This document shows positions 7,391-15,483 of a DNA stretch of 24,000 bases, in pieces. Source of the stretch: Methanotrichaceae archaeon (GTDB lineage: Archaea > Halobacteriota > Methanosarcinia > Methanotrichales > Methanotrichaceae); assembly GCA_041494285.1 (NCBI GenBank), contig JBGQAL010000006.1, positions 3,057 through 27,056 on the forward strand, given 5' to 3'. Below the pieces are notes generated by a model that made no database searches, was not told the DNA's origin, and worked only from the letters and a program-made list of their open reading frames with translations. The first letter of the stretch is position 1; every line of letters starts with the position of its first letter. A program made the translations under genes and the position numbers.

Positions 7391-8190
7391 TCGGGATGCG
7401 GTCTCCGGCTGTGGCGGGCCAGTTCTATCCCCTAGACCCCGAGGATCTTAAGCTCCAGCTGGACGAGCTCTTTAAAGGCGTAGCCTCAGAGGAGCTTCCC
7501 GCGCTTGGGGCTGTAGTTCCTCATGCAGGCTACGTCTATTCGGGATCTGTTGCAGCGGAGGTTTACGCCCGGCTTCCCAAAAGGCAGACCTATGTCATCC
7601 TTGGTCCCAACCATCACGGTCTGGGAGCGCCTGTAGCTCTGTCCGGGGACTCCTGGAGAACGCCTCTGGGCGTCGTTGAGACTGACCTGGAGATGGCTGA
7701 CGCTCTTGCGGGCACTATAATCGATCAGGAAGACTCCGCTCACCTTCACGAGCACTCCATTGAGGTTCAACTGCCTTTTCTTCAGTATAGGTTTGCTGGT
7801 TTCAAGATCCTGGCAATAGCCATGGGACTGCAGGACGAGGAGACCGCAACGGAGGTGGGCGAGGCCATAGGCAAAGCTGCCCGAGATCTGAAGAGGGACT
7901 GCACATTCGTAGCCAGCAGCGACTTCACGCACTATGAACCTCAGGAGTTGGCGAGAAAAGTAGATGCCAACCTGATCGAGGCTATTCTCAGAATGGACAT
8001 TCCGGAACTCTACTCCAGGGTCTACAGGTATGAAGCCACAGCATGCGGCTACGGGCCCATCGCCGCCGCCATCACGGCCTCACGGGCTTTGGGTGCTACC
8101 AGCGGCAAGCTCCTTCGATACGCGACAAGCGGAGATGTCACCGGCGACTACAGTCAGGTCGTAGGTTACGGAGCCATTGCTTTCACGTAA
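7387..8190 (+). CDS. MEMO1-family protein (AmmeMemoRadiSam system protein B-like)
   Basis: PAVAGQFYP...[13 protein letters not shown]...GPNHHG are hallmark MEMO1 strings. The start is either TTG 7387, which overlaps the rps2 stop as TTGA, or ATG 7396. Confidence 0.85.
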   Translation: MIGMRSPAVAGQFYPLDPEDLKLQLDELFKGVASEELPALGAVVPHAGYVYSGSVAAEVYARLPKRQTYVILGPNHHGLGAPVALSGDSWRTPLGVVETDLEMADALAGTIIDQEDSAHLHEHSIEVQLPFLQYRFAGFKILAIAMGLQDEETATEVGEAIGKAARDLKRDCTFVASSDFTHYEPQELARKVDANLIEAILRMDIPELYSRVYRYEATACGYGPIAAAITASRALGATSGKLLRYATSGDVTGDYSQVVGYGAIAFT

Positions 8191-8200
8191 CGGAGGTCTC

Positions 8201-9151
8201 TTGACCAAGGCATCTGCTCCCGGCAAGGTCATACTGTTCGGAGAGCATGCCGTCGTCTCTGGCATTACTGCCCTGGGGTCAGCCATTGACCTCCGGGCTA
8301 ATGTGACCATTGAAGACCTCCCCGGCAAGCTTGAAGTAAAGGCCAGTAACCTGATGCTGATGGGATTCTCATTGGATCTAGTGACGGGAGAGGTCTGCTC
8401 GTCTGGAGCCCGAAACGCTTTGAGATACGTTTCTGCTGTTCTAAAAGAGTTTCAAGCCAATGACATTAGGGTGATAGTCGATTCGGATATTCCTCCCGCT
8501 GCAGGCCTTGGTTCCTCGGCCGCGATCGTGGTTGCCACTCTGGCGGCTCTCAACCAACACAAGAACACGGGCTTGACCAGGGAAGAGATAGCATCTTGTG
8601 CCCACAGGATAGAGAAGACTGTGCAGATGGGTCTCGGCAGCCCCATGGACACTGCACTGTCCACTTTCGGCGGGTACATGCTAGTATCTGGAATGGTTCA
8701 AAGGATCGATCTCCCTAAAATGGAGTTGGTGGTAGGGTATACAGAAAAGGAGCACGATACTAGGTCAGAGGTGCACAAGGTCCAGGACATGAGGTCAACG
8801 TATCCGGACATTGTCGAACCCATATTCTGTGCCATCGGAGCCATATCCACCAGAGCGGTTCCCCTCATAAGGGACAACCGTCTGGAAGAGCTGGGCAGGC
8901 TTATGAACTTCAATCACGGGCTATTGGAAGCTCTAGGCGTAGGTACCCGTGAGTTGAGCGAGCTGGTCTATGCTGCCAGAGGAACCGGCGGTGCCCTGGG
9001 CGCAAAGCTTACAGGAGCAGGAGGTGGCGGGTGCATAATTGCCATGCCGCCAAGGAAGGGTTCTGAGACTGTGATCACAGCACTAATGCAAGCACGCGGT
9101 AAGGCCTTCCTGGTAAAGACAGGCTGCGATGGAGTGCGGGTGGAGGCCTAG
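8201..9151 (+). CDS. mvk: Mevalonate kinase
   Basis: APGKVILFGEHAVV and PPAAGLGSSAA are GHMP kinase motifs, and KLTGAGGGGC is the third motif. I prefer the TTG at 8201 behind GGAGG (8192-8196) because the tracked 8177 start overlaps the upstream gene. Confidence 0.9.
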   Translation: MTKASAPGKVILFGEHAVVSGITALGSAIDLRANVTIEDLPGKLEVKASNLMLMGFSLDLVTGEVCSSGARNALRYVSAVLKEFQANDIRVIVDSDIPPAAGLGSSAAIVVATLAALNQHKNTGLTREEIASCAHRIEKTVQMGLGSPMDTALSTFGGYMLVSGMVQRIDLPKMELVVGYTEKEHDTRSEVHKVQDMRSTYPDIVEPIFCAIGAISTRAVPLIRDNRLEELGRLMNFNHGLLEALGVGTRELSELVYAARGTGGALGAKLTGAGGGGCIIAMPPRKGSETVITALMQARGKAFLVKTGCDGVRVEA

Positions 9152-9154
9152 CCA

Positions 9155-9901
9155 TTGGTTAAAGTGCTGAAGATCGGAGGAAGTATCCTGACTGACAAGA
9201 ATCGTCGATTGTTTGCCCGGTCTGAAGAAATAAATCGTGTGGCAGAAGAGGTTGCTCCTTACGCAGAGAACTTGATCCTAATCCATGGTGCCGGGTCCTT
9301 TGGGCACGTACAGGCAGAGGAGTACGAGCTTCGGGAAAAATTCAACCCTGAGGGCCTCAGGGTTACCCACAGTTCTGTTGTGGAGCTTAATCGCTTGGTG
9401 GTCGAGGCTCTGGCCCGATCTGGCGCAAACCCCATGCCCATTCACCCCTTTTCCTGCGTTACTCTGCGAGATGGAAGGATTGAGAGCTTCTCCTTGGAGC
9501 CCATCGGGCGGATGATCGAGGAAGGCCTCTTGCCTGTTCTGCACGGAGATGTGGCCATGGATATAACCCGCAGAGCTGGCATCGTCTCGGGAGATGATCT
9601 AGTTCCGTACCTTGCAAGATCATTGGACGCCGAGATCGTGGCTGAGGGCACTGACAAGGATGGGGTTCTAGTAGAAGGAAAGCCCCTCGAAAGGATAGGT
9701 TGGGATGATTGGTCTGCCGTAGAGAAGTTTCTTGGTGGGAGCTCCACTACGGATGTGACGGGTGGCATGAGAGAAAAGGTTCTGAAGCTTCTGAAACTGG
9801 CCGATGCGGGCATAAACTCTTTGATATTCAACGCCTCAAAGCATGGCTATATTTCCAGGGTTCTGAAGGGAGATGTATTGGGAACAAAGGTAGAGAGGTA
9901 G
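9155..9901 (+). CDS. ipk: Isopentenyl phosphate kinase
   Basis: LKIGGSILTDK and IHGAGSFGH are amino-acid-kinase-fold IPK signatures. The gene sits between mvk and the IPP isomerase. The start is TTG. Confidence 0.88.
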   Translation: MVKVLKIGGSILTDKNRRLFARSEEINRVAEEVAPYAENLILIHGAGSFGHVQAEEYELREKFNPEGLRVTHSSVVELNRLVVEALARSGANPMPIHPFSCVTLRDGRIESFSLEPIGRMIEEGLLPVLHGDVAMDITRRAGIVSGDDLVPYLARSLDAEIVAEGTDKDGVLVEGKPLERIGWDDWSAVEKFLGGSSTTDVTGGMREKVLKLLKLADAGINSLIFNASKHGYISRVLKGDVLGTKVER

Positions 9902-9903
9902 GA

Positions 9904-10989
9904 ATGACCACATCCAGCAGAAAAATGGATCACATCAGAATCTGCTTAGACCGGTCAGTAGAGACAGAACCCAAGCCATTTGACGACCTGATGCTCATCC
10001 ACAAGGCTCTTCCTGAGATCAGCGAGGCGGAGATCGATACGAGCTGCCTGTTCCTTGGACGGAAGATCGAGGCGCCCCTCATGATCACGGGCATGACTGG
10101 AGGCCATCCTGAGGCTCGAGAGATCAACATGAACCTGGCTGCGGCCGCCCAGGAGATGGGAGTGGCCATGGGCCTAGGTTCTCAGAGAGCCGCCTTGGAG
10201 GACCCAATGCAAGTGAAAACCTTTTCCATGGTGAGGGGAGTAGCACCAGACGTGCCCATAGTTGGCAACATTGGAGCCGTGCAGCTCAGAGAATCTGGTC
10301 CAGAGGTCCTGGACAGACTGGCGGAGATGATAGATGCCGATGCCATGGCCGTTCATTTGAACTTCCTTCAGGAGTCTGTACAGCCCGAAGGCGACAGAGA
10401 TGCCTCTGGGGTCTTGGAAGCTATTACCTCTGCTCGCAGTTCTGTTCCTGTGATCGTCAAGGAGACCGGGGCCGGAATATCCGGTGAGGTAGCCTCGGAA
10501 CTCCTGGATGCAGGAATCAAAATTGTGGACGTCTCGGGGGTGGGAGGCACCAGCTGGTCAGCGGTGGAGGCTCTCCGGGCAGAGGAAGCAGGAGACACAG
10601 AGTCTCTTCACATGGGCAGGATCTTCAAGAGCTGGGGAATTCCAACGCCCGTCAGTGTTGTGGAGTGCGCATTCGCAGGAGCAGATGTTATATCAACCGG
10701 AGGCGTTAGAAACGGTATAGATGTGGCAAAAAGCCTGGCCTTGGGCGCATCTATGGCAGGAATGGCCCTCCCATTGCTAGCGCCTGCATGTCGCGGCCCA
10801 AGGGAGGTGGAAAAAGCCCTGAAAGAGTGCATCAGGGCCCTCAGGATGTCAATGTTCCTGACCGGATGCAAGGATCTTTCAAGGCTTCGTTCAGCTCAGG
10901 TCGTAATCCTGGGAAGGACCAGGGAGATCCTGGAGCAGAGAGGCTTTGATACGAGAAAATTTTCTATTTACAGAGAGATGGCAAGATGA
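9904..10989 (+). CDS. fni: Isopentenyl-diphosphate delta-isomerase, type 2 (FMN-dependent)
   Basis: RKMDHIRICL, MITGMTGG and KETGAGIS are type-2 IDI motifs. The start is ATG 9904, right after the ipk stop. The tracked 9709 extension overlaps ipk and is not credible. Confidence 0.9.
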   Translation: MTTSSRKMDHIRICLDRSVETEPKPFDDLMLIHKALPEISEAEIDTSCLFLGRKIEAPLMITGMTGGHPEAREINMNLAAAAQEMGVAMGLGSQRAALEDPMQVKTFSMVRGVAPDVPIVGNIGAVQLRESGPEVLDRLAEMIDADAMAVHLNFLQESVQPEGDRDASGVLEAITSARSSVPVIVKETGAGISGEVASELLDAGIKIVDVSGVGGTSWSAVEALRAEEAGDTESLHMGRIFKSWGIPTPVSVVECAFAGADVISTGGVRNGIDVAKSLALGASMAGMALPLLAPACRGPREVEKALKECIRALRMSMFLTGCKDLSRLRSAQVVILGRTREILEQRGFDTRKFSIYREMAR

Positions 10990-12326
10990 AGGATATTGGA
11001 ATTATTGCGGTCGGTGGATATAACGAGGTCGGAAGGAACATGACCGCGATTAAGATAGGAAAAGACATAGTGGTTATGGACATGGGCATCCGTCTGGATA
11101 GGGTCCAGATTCATGAGGATACGGATGTAGAGTCCCTTCACGCTTCCGACCTGATCGCCATGGGGGCAATCCCCGATGACAGCATCATGAGCCACGTTGA
11201 TGGCAAGGTAAGGGCGATAGCCTGCACACACGGCCACCTGGACCATATTGGTGCGATCTCCAAGCTGGCGCACAAGTATAAAGCGCCGATTATAGCCACG
11301 CCTTTTACAGCGGACCTGATCGATCAGGAGATAAAATCGGAGAGGATCTTCGGGGTAGATAACCCAGTTAAACCCATGTGTGCGGGAGAGAAGTACCAGG
11401 TAACTCCGGACATCGAGCTGGAGTTCGTCAGGGTTCAGCATAGCATAGTTGACTGTGTCTTTGCCGCTATACACACCAGTCAAGGGATCATCCTCTATGC
11501 TAACGACTTCAAAATAGACAGGAGTCCTACACTGGGTGAGCCGCCGGACTTTGCCAGGCTCAAAGCTCTCGGAAAGGAGGGCGTTGTTGCGCTGATAACT
11601 GAAACCACCAACGCGTCCATATCCGGCAAGACTCCTTCGGAGCAGATTGCGAAAGACTTGGTGTGGGATGTACTCATGGGTACCGAGGAGAGCAAGTCTG
11701 GGGTAATGGTCACGACCTTCTCATCCCACATCGCTCGCATAAGGTCTATCATTGAGGCGGCGCACAAAATGGGCAGAAAGCCAGTTCTCCTCGGCAGGTC
11801 CATGGAGAAGTACTGGGGCACTGCCGTAAGAACAGGCTACGCCGAGAGGAACGACGGGCTGGCCGTCTACGGCCGCAGAAAGTCGGTGGACAAAGCACTG
11901 AAGAGGATCATGATTGAAGGAAAGGATAAGTACCTTCCCATTATGACCGGCCATCAGGGAGAGCCCGGGGCCATCTTGAGTCGAGTGGCGAATGGAGAGA
12001 CAGAGTACTTGGTCGAGTCCGGAGACAAAGTCGTGTTTAGTGCCGGCATAATACCCCAGCCTCTGAACATCTCCAACCGCTATACAGTGGCGACCAAGCT
12101 CAAGATGCGAGGTGCCAGGATATACGACAACATCCATGTCTCTGGTCACGCCTGCCGAGAGGATCACTGGGAGCTTCTGAGGATGATAAATCCGGAGCAC
12201 GTAATCCCCAGCCACGGAAACTTGGTGAGCCACGGCGACTACCTCATGATGGCAGAGGACACCGGCTACAGCCTAGGGTCCAATATACATCTTGTGAGAA
12301 ACGGCCAGGAGCTTCTCTTAGAGTGA
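10986..12326 (+). CDS. rnj: Archaeal RNase J-like beta-CASP ribonuclease
   Basis: IIAVGGYNEVGRNM...CTHGHLDHIGA...HVSGHA gives the MBL plus beta-CASP motifs. The length of 446 aa is typical of aRNase J. The ATG overlaps the fni stop (ATGA). Confidence 0.85.
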   Translation: MKDIGIIAVGGYNEVGRNMTAIKIGKDIVVMDMGIRLDRVQIHEDTDVESLHASDLIAMGAIPDDSIMSHVDGKVRAIACTHGHLDHIGAISKLAHKYKAPIIATPFTADLIDQEIKSERIFGVDNPVKPMCAGEKYQVTPDIELEFVRVQHSIVDCVFAAIHTSQGIILYANDFKIDRSPTLGEPPDFARLKALGKEGVVALITETTNASISGKTPSEQIAKDLVWDVLMGTEESKSGVMVTTFSSHIARIRSIIEAAHKMGRKPVLLGRSMEKYWGTAVRTGYAERNDGLAVYGRRKSVDKALKRIMIEGKDKYLPIMTGHQGEPGAILSRVANGETEYLVESGDKVVFSAGIIPQPLNISNRYTVATKLKMRGARIYDNIHVSGHACREDHWELLRMINPEHVIPSHGNLVSHGDYLMMAEDTGYSLGSNIHLVRNGQELLLE

Positions 12327-12348
12327 AAGCGACGGCAAGAGTAAGATC

Positions 12349-13311
12349 ATGATCGACGAAGAGCTGGCTAGACGAGCAGGAATGATTTCCAGGGCGATAG
12401 AGGATCTCCTGCCCGTCGTCCATCCCATGGGGCTTTACAAGGCCAGCAGGCATCTGGTGGATGCCGGCGGAAAGAGGCTCAGGCCTTCAATGCTGCTGAT
12501 CGCCGCAGAGGCAACAGGAGGGGACCCTGTGGCCCTCGTGTCTGCTGCGGTGTCCATTGAACTGATCCATAACTTCACTCTGATCCACGACGATATAATG
12601 GACAATGCAAATATTCGCAGAGGTCGGCCTTCGGTCCACAAAATCTGGGGTGACTCGGGAGCCATCCTGGCCGGAGATACCCTATACTCCAAGGCATTCC
12701 AGATCCTGGGCAATACACCTGCGGAACCAAAGTTGATCCTTGAGTCCATGAACATACTCTCCAAGACCTGCACCGCTATATGTGAGGGACAGTGGCTGGA
12801 CCTGGAGTTCGAGAACAGGTCTCGCGTCTCCGAGGATGAGTATATGGAGATGATCGAGAAGAAGACCGGCGTCCTCTATGGAGCCTCCGCTTGCATGGGC
12901 GCTACGCTCTCAGGTGCATCAGCAAAAGAGGTTACAGGTCTAGATGAGTTCCGCAAGCTTACCGGAATGGGCTTTCAGATCCATGATGATGTACTGGATC
13001 TGACTGCTCCCGAGAAAGTCCTGGGAAAGCGACGCGGGGGGGATCTGGTAGGTGGGAAAAAGACTCTGATAATGATCCACGCCTTGGAGCATGGCGTCGA
13101 AGTGGATGTCTTTGGAAAGAAAGACGCTTCACCTCAAGAGATTGAAAAAGCCCTCTATGTTCTAGAGGAGGCTGGATCTATAGATTATGCCAGGACTCGA
13201 GCAGCCGATCTGGTGAGCCGGGGAAAGCGGGCTCTTGATGTCCTTTCCGACTCGCCCGCAAAGATGTTATTGCTGGATCTGGCCGATTACATGATCAGAC
13301 GAGGGTATTAG
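12349..13311 (+). CDS. idsA: Geranylgeranyl diphosphate synthase (short-chain trans-prenyl diphosphate synthase)
   Basis: First Asp-rich motif LIHDDIMD and second FQIHDDVLD, plus GKRLRP near the N-terminus. Confidence 0.9.
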   Translation: MIDEELARRAGMISRAIEDLLPVVHPMGLYKASRHLVDAGGKRLRPSMLLIAAEATGGDPVALVSAAVSIELIHNFTLIHDDIMDNANIRRGRPSVHKIWGDSGAILAGDTLYSKAFQILGNTPAEPKLILESMNILSKTCTAICEGQWLDLEFENRSRVSEDEYMEMIEKKTGVLYGASACMGATLSGASAKEVTGLDEFRKLTGMGFQIHDDVLDLTAPEKVLGKRRGGDLVGGKKTLIMIHALEHGVEVDVFGKKDASPQEIEKALYVLEEAGSIDYARTRAADLVSRGKRALDVLSDSPAKMLLLDLADYMIRRGY

Positions 13312-13326
13312 GAACGTCCGGGGAGA

Positions 13327-13536
13327 GTGCCTTATTTGAATAAGCACGAAGCACAACATCTTCTAGAACACTGGATAGAGCATAACGTCAGCCACAGCCG
13401 CTCGTTTCGTGAAAGGGCCAAGCAGATCGAAGAGATAAGCAGGCAGGCAGCCACAGAGATAAATCAGGCGGCTGACCTGATGGATAAGTGCACAGATATG
13501 CTAAAAAAAGCAAAAGATGATCTTGAGGTGAGATAG
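13327..13536 (+). CDS. Small helical protein with an N-terminal five-histidine ladder (unknown family)
   Basis: 69-aa ORF with a GTG start after GGGGAG. His residues fall at positions 7, 11, 15, 19 and 23 (H-x3-H repeated). The rest looks coiled-coil and contains a single Cys. Confidence 0.5.
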   Translation: MPYLNKHEAQHLLEHWIEHNVSHSRSFRERAKQIEEISRQAATEINQAADLMDKCTDMLKKAKDDLEVR

Positions 13537-13832
13537 TGGAAATGGTTTACTTTTACAGCACAGAAAACGAGAAGGCTATGAAGAAGGTACTGGACGACGA
13601 CCTGTTCGATGAGATTGTACCTACGATCGTGGAATGCAAGTTCATGGGCATAAACAAGGATGGCTTTTGCATGTACATCAAGGTCAGGGACGAACTAGCC
13701 CTCAAGGCTAAGAAGATGCTCTCCGAGTCGCCTGCCAAGGAGCTGACGGGCGAAGAGGGAGAGGCAGTGATCAAGGCATTCAGGGAGCAGGCCGAGGCTG
13801 CTGAGGCGGGGATGGGAGCGCTGTTTGGGTAA
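13536..13832 (+). CDS. Small acidic protein ending in a ribosomal-stalk-like tail (...AEAAEAGMGALFG), unknown family
   Basis: 98-aa ORF. The start is GTG 13536, which overlaps the upstream TAG by 1 nt, or ATG 13542; both follow GAGGTGA. The tail was read directly from gctgaggcggggatgggagcgctgtttgggtaa. Confidence 0.55.
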   Translation: MEMVYFYSTENEKAMKKVLDDDLFDEIVPTIVECKFMGINKDGFCMYIKVRDELALKAKKMLSESPAKELTGEEGEAVIKAFREQAEAAEAGMGALFG

Positions 13833-13908
13833 GTCTACTACATGCGATAAATCAATTCTTTGTCTTTATCTTATTGACACACAACACAATGTGTTATCTG
13901 ATTCTATA

Positions 13909-14026
13909 TTAATAACCATAAGGGGGCAAATACGATAGCTGAAGGTCTAATCACGTCCGATTTCATAGTAATAAGTTTAATAACCATATATCGAATTTTT
14001 CGCTATCGTAGATGCATGGTTATTAA
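13909..14026. repeat. Two-block inverted repeat (MITE-like or structured-RNA candidate)
   Basis: TTAATAACCAT (13909-13919) pairs with ATGGTTATTAA (14016-14026). TACGATAGC (13931-13939) pairs with GCTATCGTA (14002-14010). An extra direct copy, TTAATAACCATA, lies at 13977-13988. Confidence 0.5.
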
Positions 14027-14134
14027 CAAGCCCGGAGTTTAGGTTATAACTCAAGTCGATTTTCCCGATTATCCCAGACGATGCAAATCGCGAAGCATTC
14101 ATTTAAATATATGAGCATTAACATTATTTGATTT

Positions 14135-14141
14135 AAAAAAA
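14135..14141 (-). terminator. Oligo-T (T7) archaeal terminator candidate for the minus-strand gene pair
   Basis: An A7 run on the plus strand, so T7 on the minus strand, about 74 nt downstream of the stop at 14215. Confidence 0.3.
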
Positions 14142-14214
14142 GGTAACTTTTGAGGTTTTATTGGGCCACTTGTACTTATTGTCCCATCCGATAATATGGT
14201 AGCACAGTTAAAGC

Positions 14215-14688
14215 TCAAGATGCTGGTCGTGTTGAATTATTCGCAGGTGTTGAATTGGGTTTTCCGTACAAGATGGGGATATCTCCAACAAAATATTCTT
14301 TCAAATCGCTTGCATCCAGCGTCGGAAGATTAGTTTTGCTTTTGCCTGCATCAGGATTAAGACTTTGTGTCAGGGGCACATCTTTCTGGCGGAAGTCTTG
14401 CAACGAGAATGGTATAGTGCTATTTGTATCATTTATGCCCTGATTTATGACACCCTCTGAAGCCCATCGCCCAGAATCAGGCAAGGTCCATGGCTTAAAT
14501 GCGTTCAACTTAGGATTCTGCTCGGTAATAAGCTTGGCAGCTGCAGGATCTATGCTCATGAGATCTACTTTCTGGACTGTATGCCCCTGATGCTGAAGGG
14601 CAATATCAGCAGGAGTTTGCAAGGGAGTCTGAGCAGGCACAAGGCTCAAGAGGATAAAAAAGGAAAAGATAACTAAGAGTAATCTCAT
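14215..14688 (-). CDS. Secreted protein, unknown family (signal peptide, several N-glycosylation sequons)
   Basis: MRLLLVIFSFFILLSLVPAQT looks like a signal peptide. Sequons NDT, NST, NST and NNST are present. ATG 14688 overlaps the upstream stop (ATGA) and follows GGTGGGG. ATG 14709 is an alternative start. Confidence 0.6.
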   Translation of the reverse strand: MRLLLVIFSFFILLSLVPAQTPLQTPADIALQHQGHTVQKVDLMSIDPAAAKLITEQNPKLNAFKPWTLPDSGRWASEGVINQGINDTNSTIPFSLQDFRQKDVPLTQSLNPDAGKSKTNLPTLDASDLKEYFVGDIPILYGKPNSTPANNSTRPAS

Positions 14689-15059
14689 TTTCTTTTCCCC
14701 ACCCACCATTTCGTTCCCAGACTACTTGTATTATAAAATCCTGGCTTGCCTTCAATACCCAATTTTCTCATCCTAGCCAGCATGATCTCAGGGTCAACTC
14801 CAAAGGTCTTAACGAACTCCTCCCTTGACATCTTGGTGCCTTGGGCGGTAGTATAAATCTTCTGACCTGAGACAGATTCTACTACTCCAGCAGGGAGACA
14901 CCACTCAAAGCCCGTTGGCGAAAGGCATCCACAGGCGTCTGGATTGGACATATCCCTGGGCACTACATTGACTGCTCCACACTCTCCGCAGATGAATTCC
15001 TTAGGTGGCTGAGAGACTTCTTTTTCTGAGCCACACCCGTGACAAATCAGCACTACCAT
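14685..15059 (-). CDS. Zinc-ribbon protein, unknown family
   Basis: CHGCGSEKE...CGECG forms a CxxC...CxxC ribbon. ATG 15059 follows a strong AAGGTGAGGA. The tracked TTG at 15161 would add a hydrophobic helix (IWQIASAFSILIVFLISY) but has no SD. Confidence 0.55.
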   Translation of the reverse strand: MVVLICHGCGSEKEVSQPPKEFICGECGAVNVVPRDMSNPDACGCLSPTGFEWCLPAGVVESVSGQKIYTTAQGTKMSREEFVKTFGVDPEIMLARMRKLGIEGKPGFYNTSSLGTKWWVGKRK

Positions 15060-15483
15060 TTCCTCACCTTCTGGCACTGATTTCCACCAGACCTTACTAT
15101 AGCTTATTAGGAAGACAATTAGGATGGAAAATGCAGATGCAATTTGCCAAATTACTCTCAAATCATTTAAAGTCTTTCCTAGCTACGAGCGTTCAGCTCA
15201 ATTGAAATAATAATAGTCAAAAGCCTAAAGATTCATACTCATTGACCACAATGATAAAGCAGCGAATGCTTGTTATTCGTTTCAATCTTTGATGCGGAAC
15301 TATGCAAAGATACACAGGTCATTCGCATAAAGTAAGGAGGCCGTAATCGAAGAATATCGCAAGAGATACGAACGTCTCACAAATGAAAGAAGCAAGGTTT
15401 GTGAAAAGAACAGCTTTTCACTCTCCTGCAAAACCTCACCTTCCAAAAGACAAATAAACTTGAATATCCCTCCCGATTAGGAT

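Noticed and set aside
9709-9903. N-terminal extension of the IPP isomerase ORF; likewise 5033-5083 for rpl18e, 5851-5877 for rps9 and 8177-8200 for mvk
   Set aside because: The extensions overlap the preceding conserved genes and lack an SD. Conserved N-termini and SD motifs support the downstream starts.
11495-12233. Long antisense ORFs 11495-11821(-) and 11721-12233(-) within rnj. Similar cases are 21332-21925(-), an alternative frame on the synthase strand; 15631-16038(-) and 16158-16532(-) within cobQ; and 5974-6432(-).
   Set aside because: Each lies wholly inside a strongly supported conserved gene. Their compositions are typical of shadow ORFs.
15162-15483. Possible cobalamin riboswitch or regulatory RNA upstream of cobQ
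   Set aside because: No B12-box-like conserved core or convincing multi-stem structure is visible, and such riboswitches are not expected in archaea. I treat the region as plain AT-rich intergenic DNA with promoters.
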